Position numbers and translations under genes: made by a program. The notes under the pieces were generated by a model, which worked only from the letters and a program-made list of their open reading frames with translations, had not been told where the DNA came from and did no database searches. Positions 18,076-28,600 of a stretch of DNA of 64,000 nucleotides are shown here, one piece after another; the stretch's first letter is position 1, and each line of letters opens with the position of its first letter. The DNA comes from Chrysochromulina tobinii (Eukaryota), in NCBI GenBank assembly GCA_001275005.1, contig JWZX01003306.1, forward strand, positions 1 through 64,000, given 5' to 3'.

Positions 18076-21000
18076 ACTTTTCGCGTAGCCTCCTCAGACG
18101 ATCTTGATGCGAGTCGCTCTTCAGCCAGCCGAGCGACTCACTCAAGCCCGCAAAGCTCGTGCAAGCGCTCGCGCCCTCGCCGCGCACGTCAAGGCTTCCT
18201 CCGAGCCTGCCGAAGGCGATGGTGCTCGCGAGCCCGCCGCTCTCTAGCTGGCCGCCGCCGCCAGCACCGCCGACGAGCCCGGGGCCATCGGCTTCGCTCC
18301 CCCCGGCCTCGCTGGGCGGCGCCTGCGGAGTTGCCGAGATCGGCCGAGATGATCGTGCGCTGCTTCGGGCGAGGCCGATCTCGTCCAGCCCGGCGGCGAG
18401 CTCGGCGAGACGCTCCGCGCCGCTCAGAAGGCGAGATCGTGACGGAGATCGTGAGGGGAAGGCAGGAGGAGAGCCGACGCTCCCCCCCCTCCCCCCCCCT
18501 CCGCCCACCTCGGCGCCCACATCGGTGGTACGGCCGCCCCCGCCGAAGCCGCTCAGGCTCGCGCCGCCCGCCTCGGCGCTACGCCCGCTCAGGAAGCCGC
18601 TGATGCTCGCAACGCCCACGTCGGCGCCTCTTCCGCCGAGCAAGCCCACGCTCGGGCGTACCGCTCGCTCGGCCGCCGCGGCGGCCATGGCGCCCACCGC
18701 GGCGCCCACCGCGGCGCCAACGGGCGACGACGCGCCCACGGACGAGCTGAGGCCGAGTGGACGGTTCGCCCGTGCGTCGGCCACTGGCGACGTCGCGCCC
18801 ACGGACGCGCTGAAAGGGGTGATCAGCTGCAGCGGGCTGCGGCGCGACGTGTGCGGCGTCACGGTCGGGGCACTTGCTGGGCCCGTGCGGATGGGCGCGC
18901 CTGCGACGGGCGCGCTGCCCACAAAGGACGAGGAAAAGGACGAGGCGAATCCAGCGGCACTCTCGGCGCGCGAAGCCAACATGCTGCTGCCGACGCTCGG
19001 GCCGGTGGCGCCAAAGCCCGCGCCCGCCACGACGCCCGCGAAACCGGAAGGCGAGCTGCGGCCAGCGCTCGCCGCGCTCGCCGCGCACTGCTCGGCACGG
19101 CGCTGCTCGGCGAGGGCGTTCAGGCTGGTGCTGGCCGGTGGCGCGGTGGGCGCGTGCTGAGGCGCCCATGCCTGTCGCTGCGGCGAGATGGGTCGCGACA
19201 ACGACGCTTCACTTCTCGCTCGGCTCGAGGCAATTGAAGGAAGGTACGCCCCCCCCTCCGGTGCGTAGGGGGCGGCGGGGTACGCAGGCGGTGCAGCATC
19301 CCGGAGCAGCAGGTGAGCGTCCGCCGAGCCGCGCACCGCGTCGTTGAGCGAGCGGTGGATGACCCCAGCGAGGCGGTCCGCACGACGCAGCTCATCGAGT
19401 ACGAGCATCAGCCGCACGCTTTCCGCGGCGAGGGCCTGGTTGGCCTCGGTGCGCGTGCGCTGCAGCGCAGTCTGCGCCAAGCCGAGCTGCAGCAGGCAGG
19501 CCTCGTGCTCCGAACGCTCCGCACGTAGCTCGCTGAGTGCCAGTTGCCTCTCGCTCACCGTCGCCTGCGCCTGCGCCTCGCTCGTGGCGACGTCGGTGCG
19601 CAGCGCGGCGTAGTTGATGTCGGCGGCAATCTGGGCTAGGCGCGCGGACTCGCCCATCTCATTCAGCAGCTGCGTCTTCATCGCTGCCTCGGCCTGCAGC
19701 GTCGTGTGGGCGCGGTGCAAGCTGCCATGCTCATGCGCGAGCTGCGCGAGCTGTGAAGAGCGCTCGACGGCCTCGGCTTCGAGGCGCACGATGGCAGCTT
19801 CGATCCGCCCCTGCGCGGCCTCCGCCTCGGCGCGCCGCTGCTGAGCGAGTTCGGCCTGGCGCTCGGCGAGCCGGAGCTCGGACTGGAGCTCGGACAGCTC
19901 CATGCGCGCGAGCGTCGCGGCCTCCTCGCGGGCACGCTCGCTTTGGCGCGTCGCCGCAAGCTGCGCCTCCGCCTCGCGCCGCGCCGCCTCGAGATTGGCC
20001 TCCTGGGAGGCCGCGTGGCTCTCAGCCGCCTTGAGCTGCCTCTCGAGCTCTTCTTCGCGGTGGGCCGCGCGCAGCACCTGCGCCTCGTGCGCGAGGTCGC
20101 TCCCGTGCCGATTCTCCACCTCGTTGTGCAGCTGGCGCTCGCACTCGCCCAGCTGGGCACGCAGCCGAGAGAGCTCGTGCGACTCGGAGCCGACAATCGC
20201 CTCGGCGGCTCGCACGCGCCGTGTCGCCTCGTCCGCCGAGTTGAGCAGCTGAGCATTAGCCGCCTCGGCGGCCGCACGCGCCGTCGCGAGCTGCGAGGCC
20301 ATCTGGCGTACGCACTCGACGAGTACCTCGCGGTCGGCACGCCCCTGAGCCTGCGCCTTCTCGGCGCTCAGCTCGGTGGCCTTCTTCTCCTTGCGCGCAT
20401 CTAAGAGTGACTTTTCGAGCGTCGCGAGGCGCAGCTCCATCTCGTTCCGGTAATGGGCAGCCTCCTTGACGAGCTTCGCCTTCTCCTTCTGCTCGCGCAG
20501 CAGCGCCTGCTGCCGCTCCTCCGCGGCCGCGAGCTGCTCCTCGAGGGCATCGCGCTGCGCCTCCACAGTCTTCTTAGAGTCCAAAAAGTCTCGCGAGTTG
20601 CGCGAGAGCACGCGCCGGTCCGCTCGCGCGCGCGAGAGCTGCTGCTGGAAGGTCGCGTCCTGCTGCGACATGGCCGCGCGCAGCTCGACTATGTCCGCGT
20701 CGCGCTGCGCGATCGCCGCCGCGTGCACCCGGCGCTCCTTGGCCAGCGACGCCGTCGCGTCTGCGAGGGCTTCCTCCAGAGAATGGGCTTCCGACCAGAG
20801 GAGACGGGCGTGGAGCGCCGAGGTGCCGTGAGCGGCCATCGCGGCGACGTGCGATCGCTCGCCCATCTCGAGCTCCTGCTGCCGCTTGGCCGTCATCGCC
20901 GCGATCTGCTCGCGCAGCTGCACTACCTCGGCACGCATCCCTGCAAACTCCGCGCTCGCCGCGCTCGCCGCGCTCGCCGCCGCGCCACTTACGGGATCGC

Positions 21001-22219
21001 TCTCGTCCTCGTCCCACGTCTGCGTCGTCTCGTGAGGGTTCGTCTCCCCTGGGACCGGGGCGCCGTATCGGGCGTCCCCTGCGAGGGCGAGTCGCCGATC
21101 CGACGGTGGCGCCGGCGATGCCGAGCGCGACGTGCCGCGGCCTCGCCCGCCGATCGCGCTAGCGGGACCGCGCCCGCGCCCGCGCCCGCCGCCCGCGCCG
21201 CCCGCGTTGCTCGCGACGCTGCTAGGGCGCGAGACGATCGCGTGAGCGGGCATGCCGCCCGCGAGCCGCTCGACTGTGAGCCGCTCGTTCGCCTGGCGCG
21301 CGATCCGCAGCTCCGCACCCAAAGAATCGAATTGCGATCGTAGGCTCGCTCGCTCTGCATGCACGCCCGCGAGCACGGCGAGCAGCCTCGTGCCCATCTC
21401 CTCGGCACTGAGCAGCTCACGCCGGAAGAGCTCGGCGCGCACGGCGGCCTCGCTCGCAGTAGCTTGCGCGATCGCCACCGCGTGGCTCAGCGCGTCGCGT
21501 TGCTGTTGAAGCCGTTTCTCACGAGGCGTCTCGCGCGGCGGCGCCATCGGCACCTCGAGCTGTGTCCCGCCTCGGCCGGCGCCGGCGCCACCTCCGCCTC
21601 CAGCAAGGGCCGCAGGCTGCGCGAGCACCGTGTACGGCATCGGCGGCGGTGGCGATGCGCGCAGCGCAGCCACATGCGCTGCAGCGCCATACGCCGCCGC
21701 CGCCGCGCGGGCGTCGCTCGTCACGCCGGCGCCGCCATTCGCAGAGGGGGATCCGTCCCACGCTTGCGGTATGCCACTGCGCGGGCGCGGCGGCTGCTCC
21801 GCCACTTTGCTCGCGGACGAGGCCGTCGCTGCCGTCACGCTTGGACCCCGCAGCGGCTTTGGCGCCTGCGACGAGTGCACGCTGGGCGGCGCACCCTCTG
21901 ACCAGGCGGCCGCCGACCAGGGCGAGGCTGCGTGGGTGGTGCTGTGTTTCGGCGTGCCGGCAGGCAACGGCGCGGCCAGATTGCTCGATCGGCGCGGCGA
22001 CGTGCGCGATACCGGAAAAGGCGCCGGCGCTATCGCCGGGGATGGCGGTGGCAGCAGCCTGGGCGACATCGAGATGCTTGCCGTGACGGGCGGCGGCCGC
22101 GCCACGCTGCTGCTCAGGATCTCGGCGAGCCGTTCCTGCGTGAGCGGCCCGTCGCCCGCCTCGACCACGTTTGGAAAGTCGCGCTGCGTCGAATCGGACG
22201 CCGCCAGGGACGGGGGCAT
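18059..22219 (-). CDS. Large coiled-coil protein with Pro/Ser/Ala-rich disordered termini
   Basis: ~1390-aa ORF; long Ala/Glu/Arg/Leu heptad region in the middle; first plausible ATG gives MPPSLAAS. Confidence 0.8.
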   Translation of the reverse strand: MPPSLAASDSTQRDFPNVVEAGDGPLTQERLAEILSSSVARPPPVTASISMSPRLLPPPSPAIAPAPFPVSRTSPRRSSNLAAPLPAGTPKHSTTHAASPWSAAAWSEGAPPSVHSSQAPKPLRGPSVTAATASSASKVAEQPPRPRSGIPQAWDGSPSANGGAGVTSDARAAAAAYGAAAHVAALRASPPPPMPYTVLAQPAALAGGGGGAGAGRGGTQLEVPMAPPRETPREKRLQQQRDALSHAVAIAQATASEAAVRAELFRRELLSAEEMGTRLLAVLAGVHAERASLRSQFDSLGAELRIARQANERLTVERLAGGMPAHAIVSRPSSVASNAGGAGGGRGRGRGPASAIGGRGRGTSRSASPAPPSDRRLALAGDARYGAPVPGETNPHETTQTWDEDESDPVSGAAASAASAASAEFAGMRAEVVQLREQIAAMTAKRQQELEMGERSHVAAMAAHGTSALHARLLWSEAHSLEEALADATASLAKERRVHAAAIAQRDADIVELRAAMSQQDATFQQQLSRARADRRVLSRNSRDFLDSKKTVEAQRDALEEQLAAAEERQQALLREQKEKAKLVKEAAHYRNEMELRLATLEKSLLDARKEKKATELSAEKAQAQGRADREVLVECVRQMASQLATARAAAEAANAQLLNSADEATRRVRAAEAIVGSESHELSRLRAQLGECERQLHNEVENRHGSDLAHEAQVLRAAHREEELERQLKAAESHAASQEANLEAARREAEAQLAATRQSERAREEAATLARMELSELQSELRLAERQAELAQQRRAEAEAAQGRIEAAIVRLEAEAVERSSQLAQLAHEHGSLHRAHTTLQAEAAMKTQLLNEMGESARLAQIAADINYAALRTDVATSEAQAQATVSERQLALSELRAERSEHEACLLQLGLAQTALQRTRTEANQALAAESVRLMLVLDELRRADRLAGVIHRSLNDAVRGSADAHLLLRDAAPPAYPAAPYAPEGGAYLPSIASSRARSEASLSRPISPQRQAWAPQHAPTAPPASTSLNALAEQRRAEQCAASAASAGRSSPSGFAGVVAGAGFGATGPSVGSSMLASRAESAAGFASSFSSSFVGSAPVAGAPIRTGPASAPTVTPHTSRRSPLQLITPFSASVGATSPVADARANRPLGLSSSVGASSPVGAAVGAAVGAMAAAAAERAVRPSVGLLGGRGADVGVASISGFLSGRSAEAGGASLSGFGGGGRTTDVGAEVGGGGGRGGSVGSPPAFPSRSPSRSRLLSGAERLAELAAGLDEIGLARSSARSSRPISATPQAPPSEAGGSEADGPGLVGGAGGGGQLESGGLASTIAFGRLGGSLDVRGEGASACTSFAGLSESLGWLKSDSHQDRLRRLREKYGYDQ

Positions 22220-22423
22220 CGCGTCGATTGAAGTGACAATGGCGTAGGGTCGCCAAGCAAAAACGTTACGAGTGCAGTACAAGCGCACAAAAATTTTGGG
22301 GAGTCGGAAGCGCGACGTAGGGTTCTCTTTTCTCCAAGCTTTTACGTCAACCTATCTTTAGATTTTCATCGTAATCAACCCGCGCCGCGCGCCGGCTCGT
22401 CGTTCCGTTCGCTGCGGAAAGTC

Positions 22424-23841
22424 ATGGTGAGCGCTTCGAACGACTTGCTCGCAAGCGTCACACTTCCCAAGAACCCAGCACAAACCCGCCGCGTCGGTGA
22501 CCAAGCCCGTCACTTCTTTTTTCGCTCGCGCAGGTGCTCCTTGGCGGCCTCTCGCCATCACCCGGCCCACTGCCGCCGCTCGGTCTTCCGCCGCCTCCTC
22601 CAGGCGGCCTGCCTCCTGTCAACGCGCGCTCAGGGTCCGCGGGTGCCAAGCCTTCCAAGTCGCTCGCACCGCGCATCGCTGAGCTTGGCCAGGCGCTTGC
22701 CGCGGGGCAGCCTGCCAAGGCGAAGGCTGCCTGCAGCGAGCTCGCCATGCTCGCTGCAGCCTCCATCTCAGCCTGCCAGGCCGTGGTGGAGGCTAAGATC
22801 GAGCCGCAGCTGAGCAAGGTGCTGCTCAAGGAAAAGGACCCGATGACGCAGTGCTGGGCCATGTCCGTCCTCTCCAACTGCGCGATTAACAAGGCCTCGC
22901 GCGAGCGCCAGCAAGCCGCCATCCCGGCGCTGTGCAAGCTCATCATGTCACCGAACCCAGAGGTGCAGCATGCGGCGGCGTTGCACCTGGCGCTGCTGAG
23001 CCGCTCGAGCTCGCTCGCGACTGCCTTTGCGAGCAACAACAAGTCGATGCAAAGCCTGTACTCCCTCGAGAAGAAGACGAGCGATGCGCTCAAGTCTCCC
23101 GCCTTCGACACACTGCGCATGGAGGCATCCCAGTATGCACGCTGGGCGCTCCGCTCGGCGCAGGGGAGGCACTACAAGCCCGCCTTTGTGCCCAAGTCGC
23201 AGGAGCAGCTCGACTACGAGGCGACCGTCGCCATCCAGGCGCGCGTGCGCTCCTCCTTCGTGGCCAACGGCTACCGCAACGAGATGAAGGCGCGACGTGC
23301 GGCTGCGACCATCGTGCAGGCGAGCTACCGTGGTCACGGCGCGCGCTCAGCGGTGGCGCAGCAGATCATGATCGAGGGGCCCGCGGCGGCGCTGCTCCAG
23401 AGCGTCATACGCGGGCGCAAGCAGCGCAAGAAGGACCGGTCTGTCAAGGAGGACAAGGCCGCGACCAAGGTGCAGGCGATGACGCGCGGTCGCAAGGCGC
23501 GTGGGTATAAGAAGAGCGTGTCGGACGGTGCTCAGAACGGCGAGCGTGGGTCCACGCCACACAACGGAAGGAGCTTCAACATCTACCTGGAGTGCGCCGA
23601 CGGCGATATGCGCGTGCCGATCGCGGTCGATTCGCAGTCGTCGATATTCAAATTGGGCTTCAAGATTGAGACGTCGGGCGAGCCTGTCTACATGTCGCTC
23701 GGCGTACCTGTATTCGAGGATGTGCTCGGCGCGGCACCCGCGGAGGAGGAGCCCGAGACTGAGTTCATGCCCATCGTCCTCTTTTGCTCGACCCTCGACG
23801 GCGACCAGCGCATGGCCCTGCACATCGAGTACAAGGATTGA
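22424..23841 (+). CDS. Armadillo-repeat plus IQ-motif (calmodulin-binding) protein; exon 1 is the ATG alone (22424-22426), intron 22427-22533
   Basis: ATG|GTGAGC...ttcgctcgcgCAG|GTG; ARM-like AIPALCKLIMSPNPEVQHAAALHLALL; IQ motifs AIQARVRS, IVQASYRGH, LLQSVIRGRKQR, KVQAMTRGRKAR. Confidence 0.8.
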
Positions 23842-24430
23842 GAGGCCGCTCGTTGAGCCCCTCGCACCCCATCGAGCACGTTGACGAATCTTATGCAGTG
23901 AGCCCAATGCGTTATCACCGGTAGCGCAGGGGGGTGATGCACGAGCCCAATGACATCACGAGTCTCTCCCCCATCAACGGTGGCACCAGATTGGTGGAGG
24001 AGATGCCTCTGGTGCGCTGCCGATCTGGGAAGGCACACCTATCCCTGCCCCCTCGAGTCAACTCTCCGGCCTCAAGAGGTCCCTCAAGATCAATGTTTGC
24101 GCGTTGCTTGGTGTGTGTGATGAAATGTAGCGTTTTCCAGACGGTACCGTCTCATGGCATCAGAGATCAGGCGCACGGAGCCACCACGGACGCGCGCGGT
24201 CCGCGGAATCCGCGGGCGACCCCTCCCCGGCTCCGACAGTTAAACAGAGAACAGACGACACAAGCGCATTCGATGTGCCGTTGATACCCACAACCCAGGC
24301 CGTACCCCGGTACCGCGCGGGTTTATACGGAGGAGCAGTATCTAAGGACTCGCTATGAAGAAGTCGAAGTAAGTTTACGAAACGGTCCAACCCCTTTTGC
24401 GGGTGATTGCTCCTCCCCACACGCGGACGA

Positions 24431-25186
24431 ATGAAGCTCTGCTTCCTCTGCTCTGTTTTCGCATCGTGCCACGCCTACGTGCTTCCAACAGGAACTCGGC
24501 ATGCGAATATTTTCCGACCGGCTCGGTCACACGTCGTCGCGTGCGAGCCAGCCGTGCCCGAGCCGTTGCGACCGAGTGCCCCTCCGCCATCCCGGGCTTC
24601 CTCGCCCGAGATGGTGCTTGGTAAGGTCAAGGCGTGGTACATGAAGTACTGGAAGGTTGATAAGGCCCAGCTGAGGGCACTGGGCGTGGATGCGATCTTC
24701 ACGTACGGCGTGCTGAGCAACATGAACGTCGCCATGCTCGCTACCCTCTCTTGGTTCGTCGCCACAAAAGCCACTGGCCTGTCGCCCCTTGTGGCTGGGC
24801 AGTGGAAGTATTTTATCAGCACATACGTGGGCTTCTACGTCTCACTGGGCGCCATCATCCGCCCCTTCCGCGTGGCGCTCACCTTTACTGTCACGCCCCT
24901 GTACTCCCTCATCGTCGAAAAGATCCGCGCGTTCCTCCCGCTGCGCAAGCGGCTCCCTAAGGTCAACCGCATCGTCGCCATCTTCATCGTCTCGATCCTG
25001 TTCAATGTTGTAGGCACGTTTGGGCTGATAGCGCTCGGGGCTTCCTTCGCAGGCTTGCTGACGGGCGTGCCGCCCGTGCCACCTGGATTCTCCTTTGGCG
25101 AATGGCGCGCGGCTGAGAAGCCCCTCGACGTCATGCGGCAGCTGAAGGCGATGGCCAAGGAGGCGAAAGGATTGGCTGCCAACTAG
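24431..25186 (+). CDS. Probable plastid membrane protein of unknown function
   Basis: Signal MKLCFLCSVFASCHAY plus transit-like region; TM segments with TGLSPLVAGQWKYF..Y.GFY and IRPFRVAL motifs. Confidence 0.75.
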   Translation: MKLCFLCSVFASCHAYVLPTGTRHANIFRPARSHVVACEPAVPEPLRPSAPPPSRASSPEMVLGKVKAWYMKYWKVDKAQLRALGVDAIFTYGVLSNMNVAMLATLSWFVATKATGLSPLVAGQWKYFISTYVGFYVSLGAIIRPFRVALTFTVTPLYSLIVEKIRAFLPLRKRLPKVNRIVAIFIVSILFNVVGTFGLIALGASFAGLLTGVPPVPPGFSFGEWRAAEKPLDVMRQLKAMAKEAKGLAAN

Positions 25187-25546
25187 ACACCCCCATCCTG
25201 GGAGCACACCCTGCACACCACCCCGTTTTCTGTATTAAAGAAGGGGTCATCAAGAATTGAGGTTTCGCACACGCATCAACATCCAGTCACTCTTGACTCA
25301 GAACACGGTCCGCCGCGCGCTGATGGATCAACTATCCGATGGCTGCGATCTGCGATCACCAAAGACCAATCACGCGCGTACGGGAGTGTTCCGACGCGAG
25401 CGGTTTCACGTGTCACAGACAAGCCGAACGCGACGCGCGCCCCAACCGCGCGCCCCTGTCGGGCGCGACGTGAATAGGCGCAGCAGCGCCCTTGTCTCCC
25501 CGATTGCCGATCCCCCTAGGCGTCCCCATCGTCCATGCGGGCCGCT

Positions 25547-25604
25547 GAGCTGACCGCGCCATCCTGAGCTGCACCGCACCATCCTGAGCTGCACCGCGCC
25601 ATCC
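25547..25604. repeat. Three-copy ~20-bp tandem repeat between convergent genes
   Basis: gagctg(c)accgc(g/a)ccatcct units. Confidence 0.7.
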
Positions 25605-25629
25605 GTAGGCTACGCGCTCGCCATGGCGC

Positions 25630-28600
25630 TCACATCTCGACGGCGGCGCTTACCACCTCGACGAAGCGTCCCATGCTCGGCCGGGATGCGCCTGTGGCGT
25701 TCCATGCGTCGCCGAGCACTTCTCGAACGAGGCGCGCCCACGCGCCGCCAAGAGAAGTGCCGACGAGGGGGGCATTGAGCGCGGGGCGCTCGCCGCTGAT
25801 GAGCGCGTGCTCGATGCCGCACTCGCGGGTGGCTGTGTCAGTGACGTGGCTGAAGCGCGGGAAGGCGTCGGCCTGAAGCTGGCTGTGGAAGAGCATCCAC
25901 GCGGCCACGGCGCATGCGTGCACGTCGGCCGAGTACCAGTCGATGCGCGCGAGGAGCGTCACCTCCGAGGAGCGGACCTCGCGCTCCGCGGCGTCGAGCG
26001 AGGCCACGATCGTCTCGGCCTGCGGGCCTGCAACGAGGCGGCGGCACGCGCGCCGGGCACGCTCGAGAGCGTCGATCGGCGCATTCTGGAGCTGCTTGAG
26101 CTCCTTTCGGATGCGGGCGAGCGCCTCCTGCAGCTCCGCCCACGACGACGCTTCAGCCCATGCCTCAAAGGGGTGCGCCGCTTCCTCGTGCGCCGGCTCT
26201 TCGTGCGCCGCCGGCGTGGGGGCAGGCGTGGGCGCCGGCGTGGGCGCCTGCGTGGGCGCCATCCGGGCCGGCCCGTCCGCAGAGTGCTGCTTGGCTGGTT
26301 GCGTCCTGCTCAGCGGGTTGCTCAGCGCGCTGTCGAGGATGGCCAAGTACGCGTTCCGCCGCTCGCGCCGCCGCTCGAGAACCTCGGGCGCTGTGAACGG
26401 GAGGGTGGCTGGCAGATCGGCCGCGGCGCTCGTATTGTCATTAATGCCAGCGGCGAGCGAGAAGCCAAAGTCAGTCAGCACAACGTCGTCGGGTCCGAAT
26501 CCAGTGGCAGCCTTGGCTGGGCGCATGAGCAGCAAGTTGTCGAGCTTGACGTCGCGGTGCGCGACGCGCAGTGGGCCGTGCAGCTGCTCGAGCGCGCGGC
26601 AGAGCCCGAGCAGCGCACAGCGCGCGAGCAGGTCGGCATCGGCTGAGCGCGAGCGCAGCGCGTCGGTGACGGAGCCAGCGCCACAGAGCGGGAGGAAGAG
26701 GTGCGCGCGGGGCGCGTCCCACCCGAGAAGCGGCAGCACATGCGGCGTGCCAGCACGAGACGCCCTCGCCAGGATGGCAGCCTCCCACTCGAGCCGTCGC
26801 GCAGTGCCGGGCGGCGACGTCTTGACGAGGCGCTTGAGCGCCACGTTGAGCGGCGCGGCGGCGCGCGCATCCCGTCCGTTCCACAACGGCATGCCGAAGC
26901 GGCCCGAGAGAACTCCCGAGAGCCCCTCTGCGTCGAGCGCGCCGAAAGGCACAGTCGCCGTTACTACCTCGCACTGGCCGCCGCGCCCGAGCAGCGACCC
27001 CACCTTGAGGATCGGGATGCTCACGATCGGCATCGGAGGGGCCGAGGGCACCGTTGCGCCCGCGGCCGTCGCGCAGCTCGTGCCGGCGTCGGCAGCCATG
27101 GGCGTCGTGGCGCTCGTCATGGCGGCGGGGTTGCTTGAGGCGCTGTATAGCATGGCGGTGGCTGCAGCCGTGGGCGGCGGCTCGATGGCGTCGGCGACGA
27201 CGGGTTGCGGCGCGGCAGCGGGCGGTGGCGCGGCGACGGCAGCCGCCATCGCGGGCGCCTTTGGTGTTTGAGCCGCCTCCGGGCTAAGGATCCGCACATG
27301 TCCCATGAGGACTGCAGCCCGTCCGGCTCCGTCGGGCCGCACCTTGAGCGGCTCCACTGAGACCACAGTGCCGTCTTTCGAGCTCTGGCCGCGGGAGCGG
27401 AACTCGACGCGTTCGTTGAGTTTGAAGTCCGCGGGTGGCGCGGGGGCAGCAGGCACGGTCCCTCGTCGCCAGGAGGCCACTGGTTTGATCGGCGGCGGTG
27501 GCAGTGCGAGCTCCATGGCACAGGAGTCCCACGGCTTCTTGCTCATCCCCTGTGGCCGTGACATGTACTTGGGTGGCGCGGGTGGCGGCGGCAGCACCGG
27601 CGGCGGCAGCACGCGCGCCGCCGCCGAGCACGCCGCCGAGCACGCCGCCGCCGCCGAGCACGCCGCCTTCGGACGCGCCGTCGGCAGCGGCGGCGGGCGG
27701 GGTGCTGGCCGCTTGGCTCTCGACTCGTCCTCGTCGTCGGCGACGGCCAGGGTTGCGGGGCGCTTCTTGAAGGGCAACTTGGTCGGTGTCGGCCCGTGTT
27801 TGGTCGGGGTGGTCGGCCGAATGGAGGCGGGCGGTGCGATGTCCATGAGCGCCTTCGGCGCAACAGCCGATTGCGTGAGCGCCTTGTGGCTCGTTCGCAA
27901 AGGCGAGGGCACCGGGCTCGGCTGCGGCGTCTGCTTAAGCGAGGGCGGCTCGGGCACCATGCCAAGCTCCACCGGAGTGTACAGCGCAGCCGACGTCTGC
28001 AGCGCAGCCGACGTGACGAGTGGCACCACCTGCTCGGTACCCATGGCTGTGGTCGGCGGAACAGGCGAGAATGCAGACGAAAATGAGGCCGAGAGGGCCA
28101 GAGCGACCTGCATACCGTCCTCGTCCTCCTGCCATTTCTCGGCCATGCGGGCACTGGCGCCCAAGCTACCGAAGCCCAGCAGCTCAGCGTCGTCGAACTG
28201 AGTCGCGCTGGTGAACGACGATGAAAGCATGGTTGGCGGCGGCGTGGTGAGAGCAGCCGGAGCATCGGCGCCGGCCCGGAGCTTGCAGCCTAGAGTGGAC
28301 AGAGGCTGCGGCGGCGTGACCATCATCGCTGGGCCCCTTGGCTGCTTTGCATTCGCAGGCGCCGCGAGCATCTTGATCAAGCTCTTGTAGCCTCCATCCA
28401 TGCGTGCGCGCTCGACGTCGGTGAGCGCCGTATCGCAGTGCTCGCAGAACGAGCACACAAAGGGCGTGCCCGGCGGCGGCGGCGGGACTGCGATGCGCTC
28501 GAGGCACTCGCGATGGTACGCGAGCCGGCAAGGCTTCCCGCCATGGTGGCCGGTGCAGCGTACATCGGCCATCTCGTAGCAGACCGCGTGGCCGTCGGTG

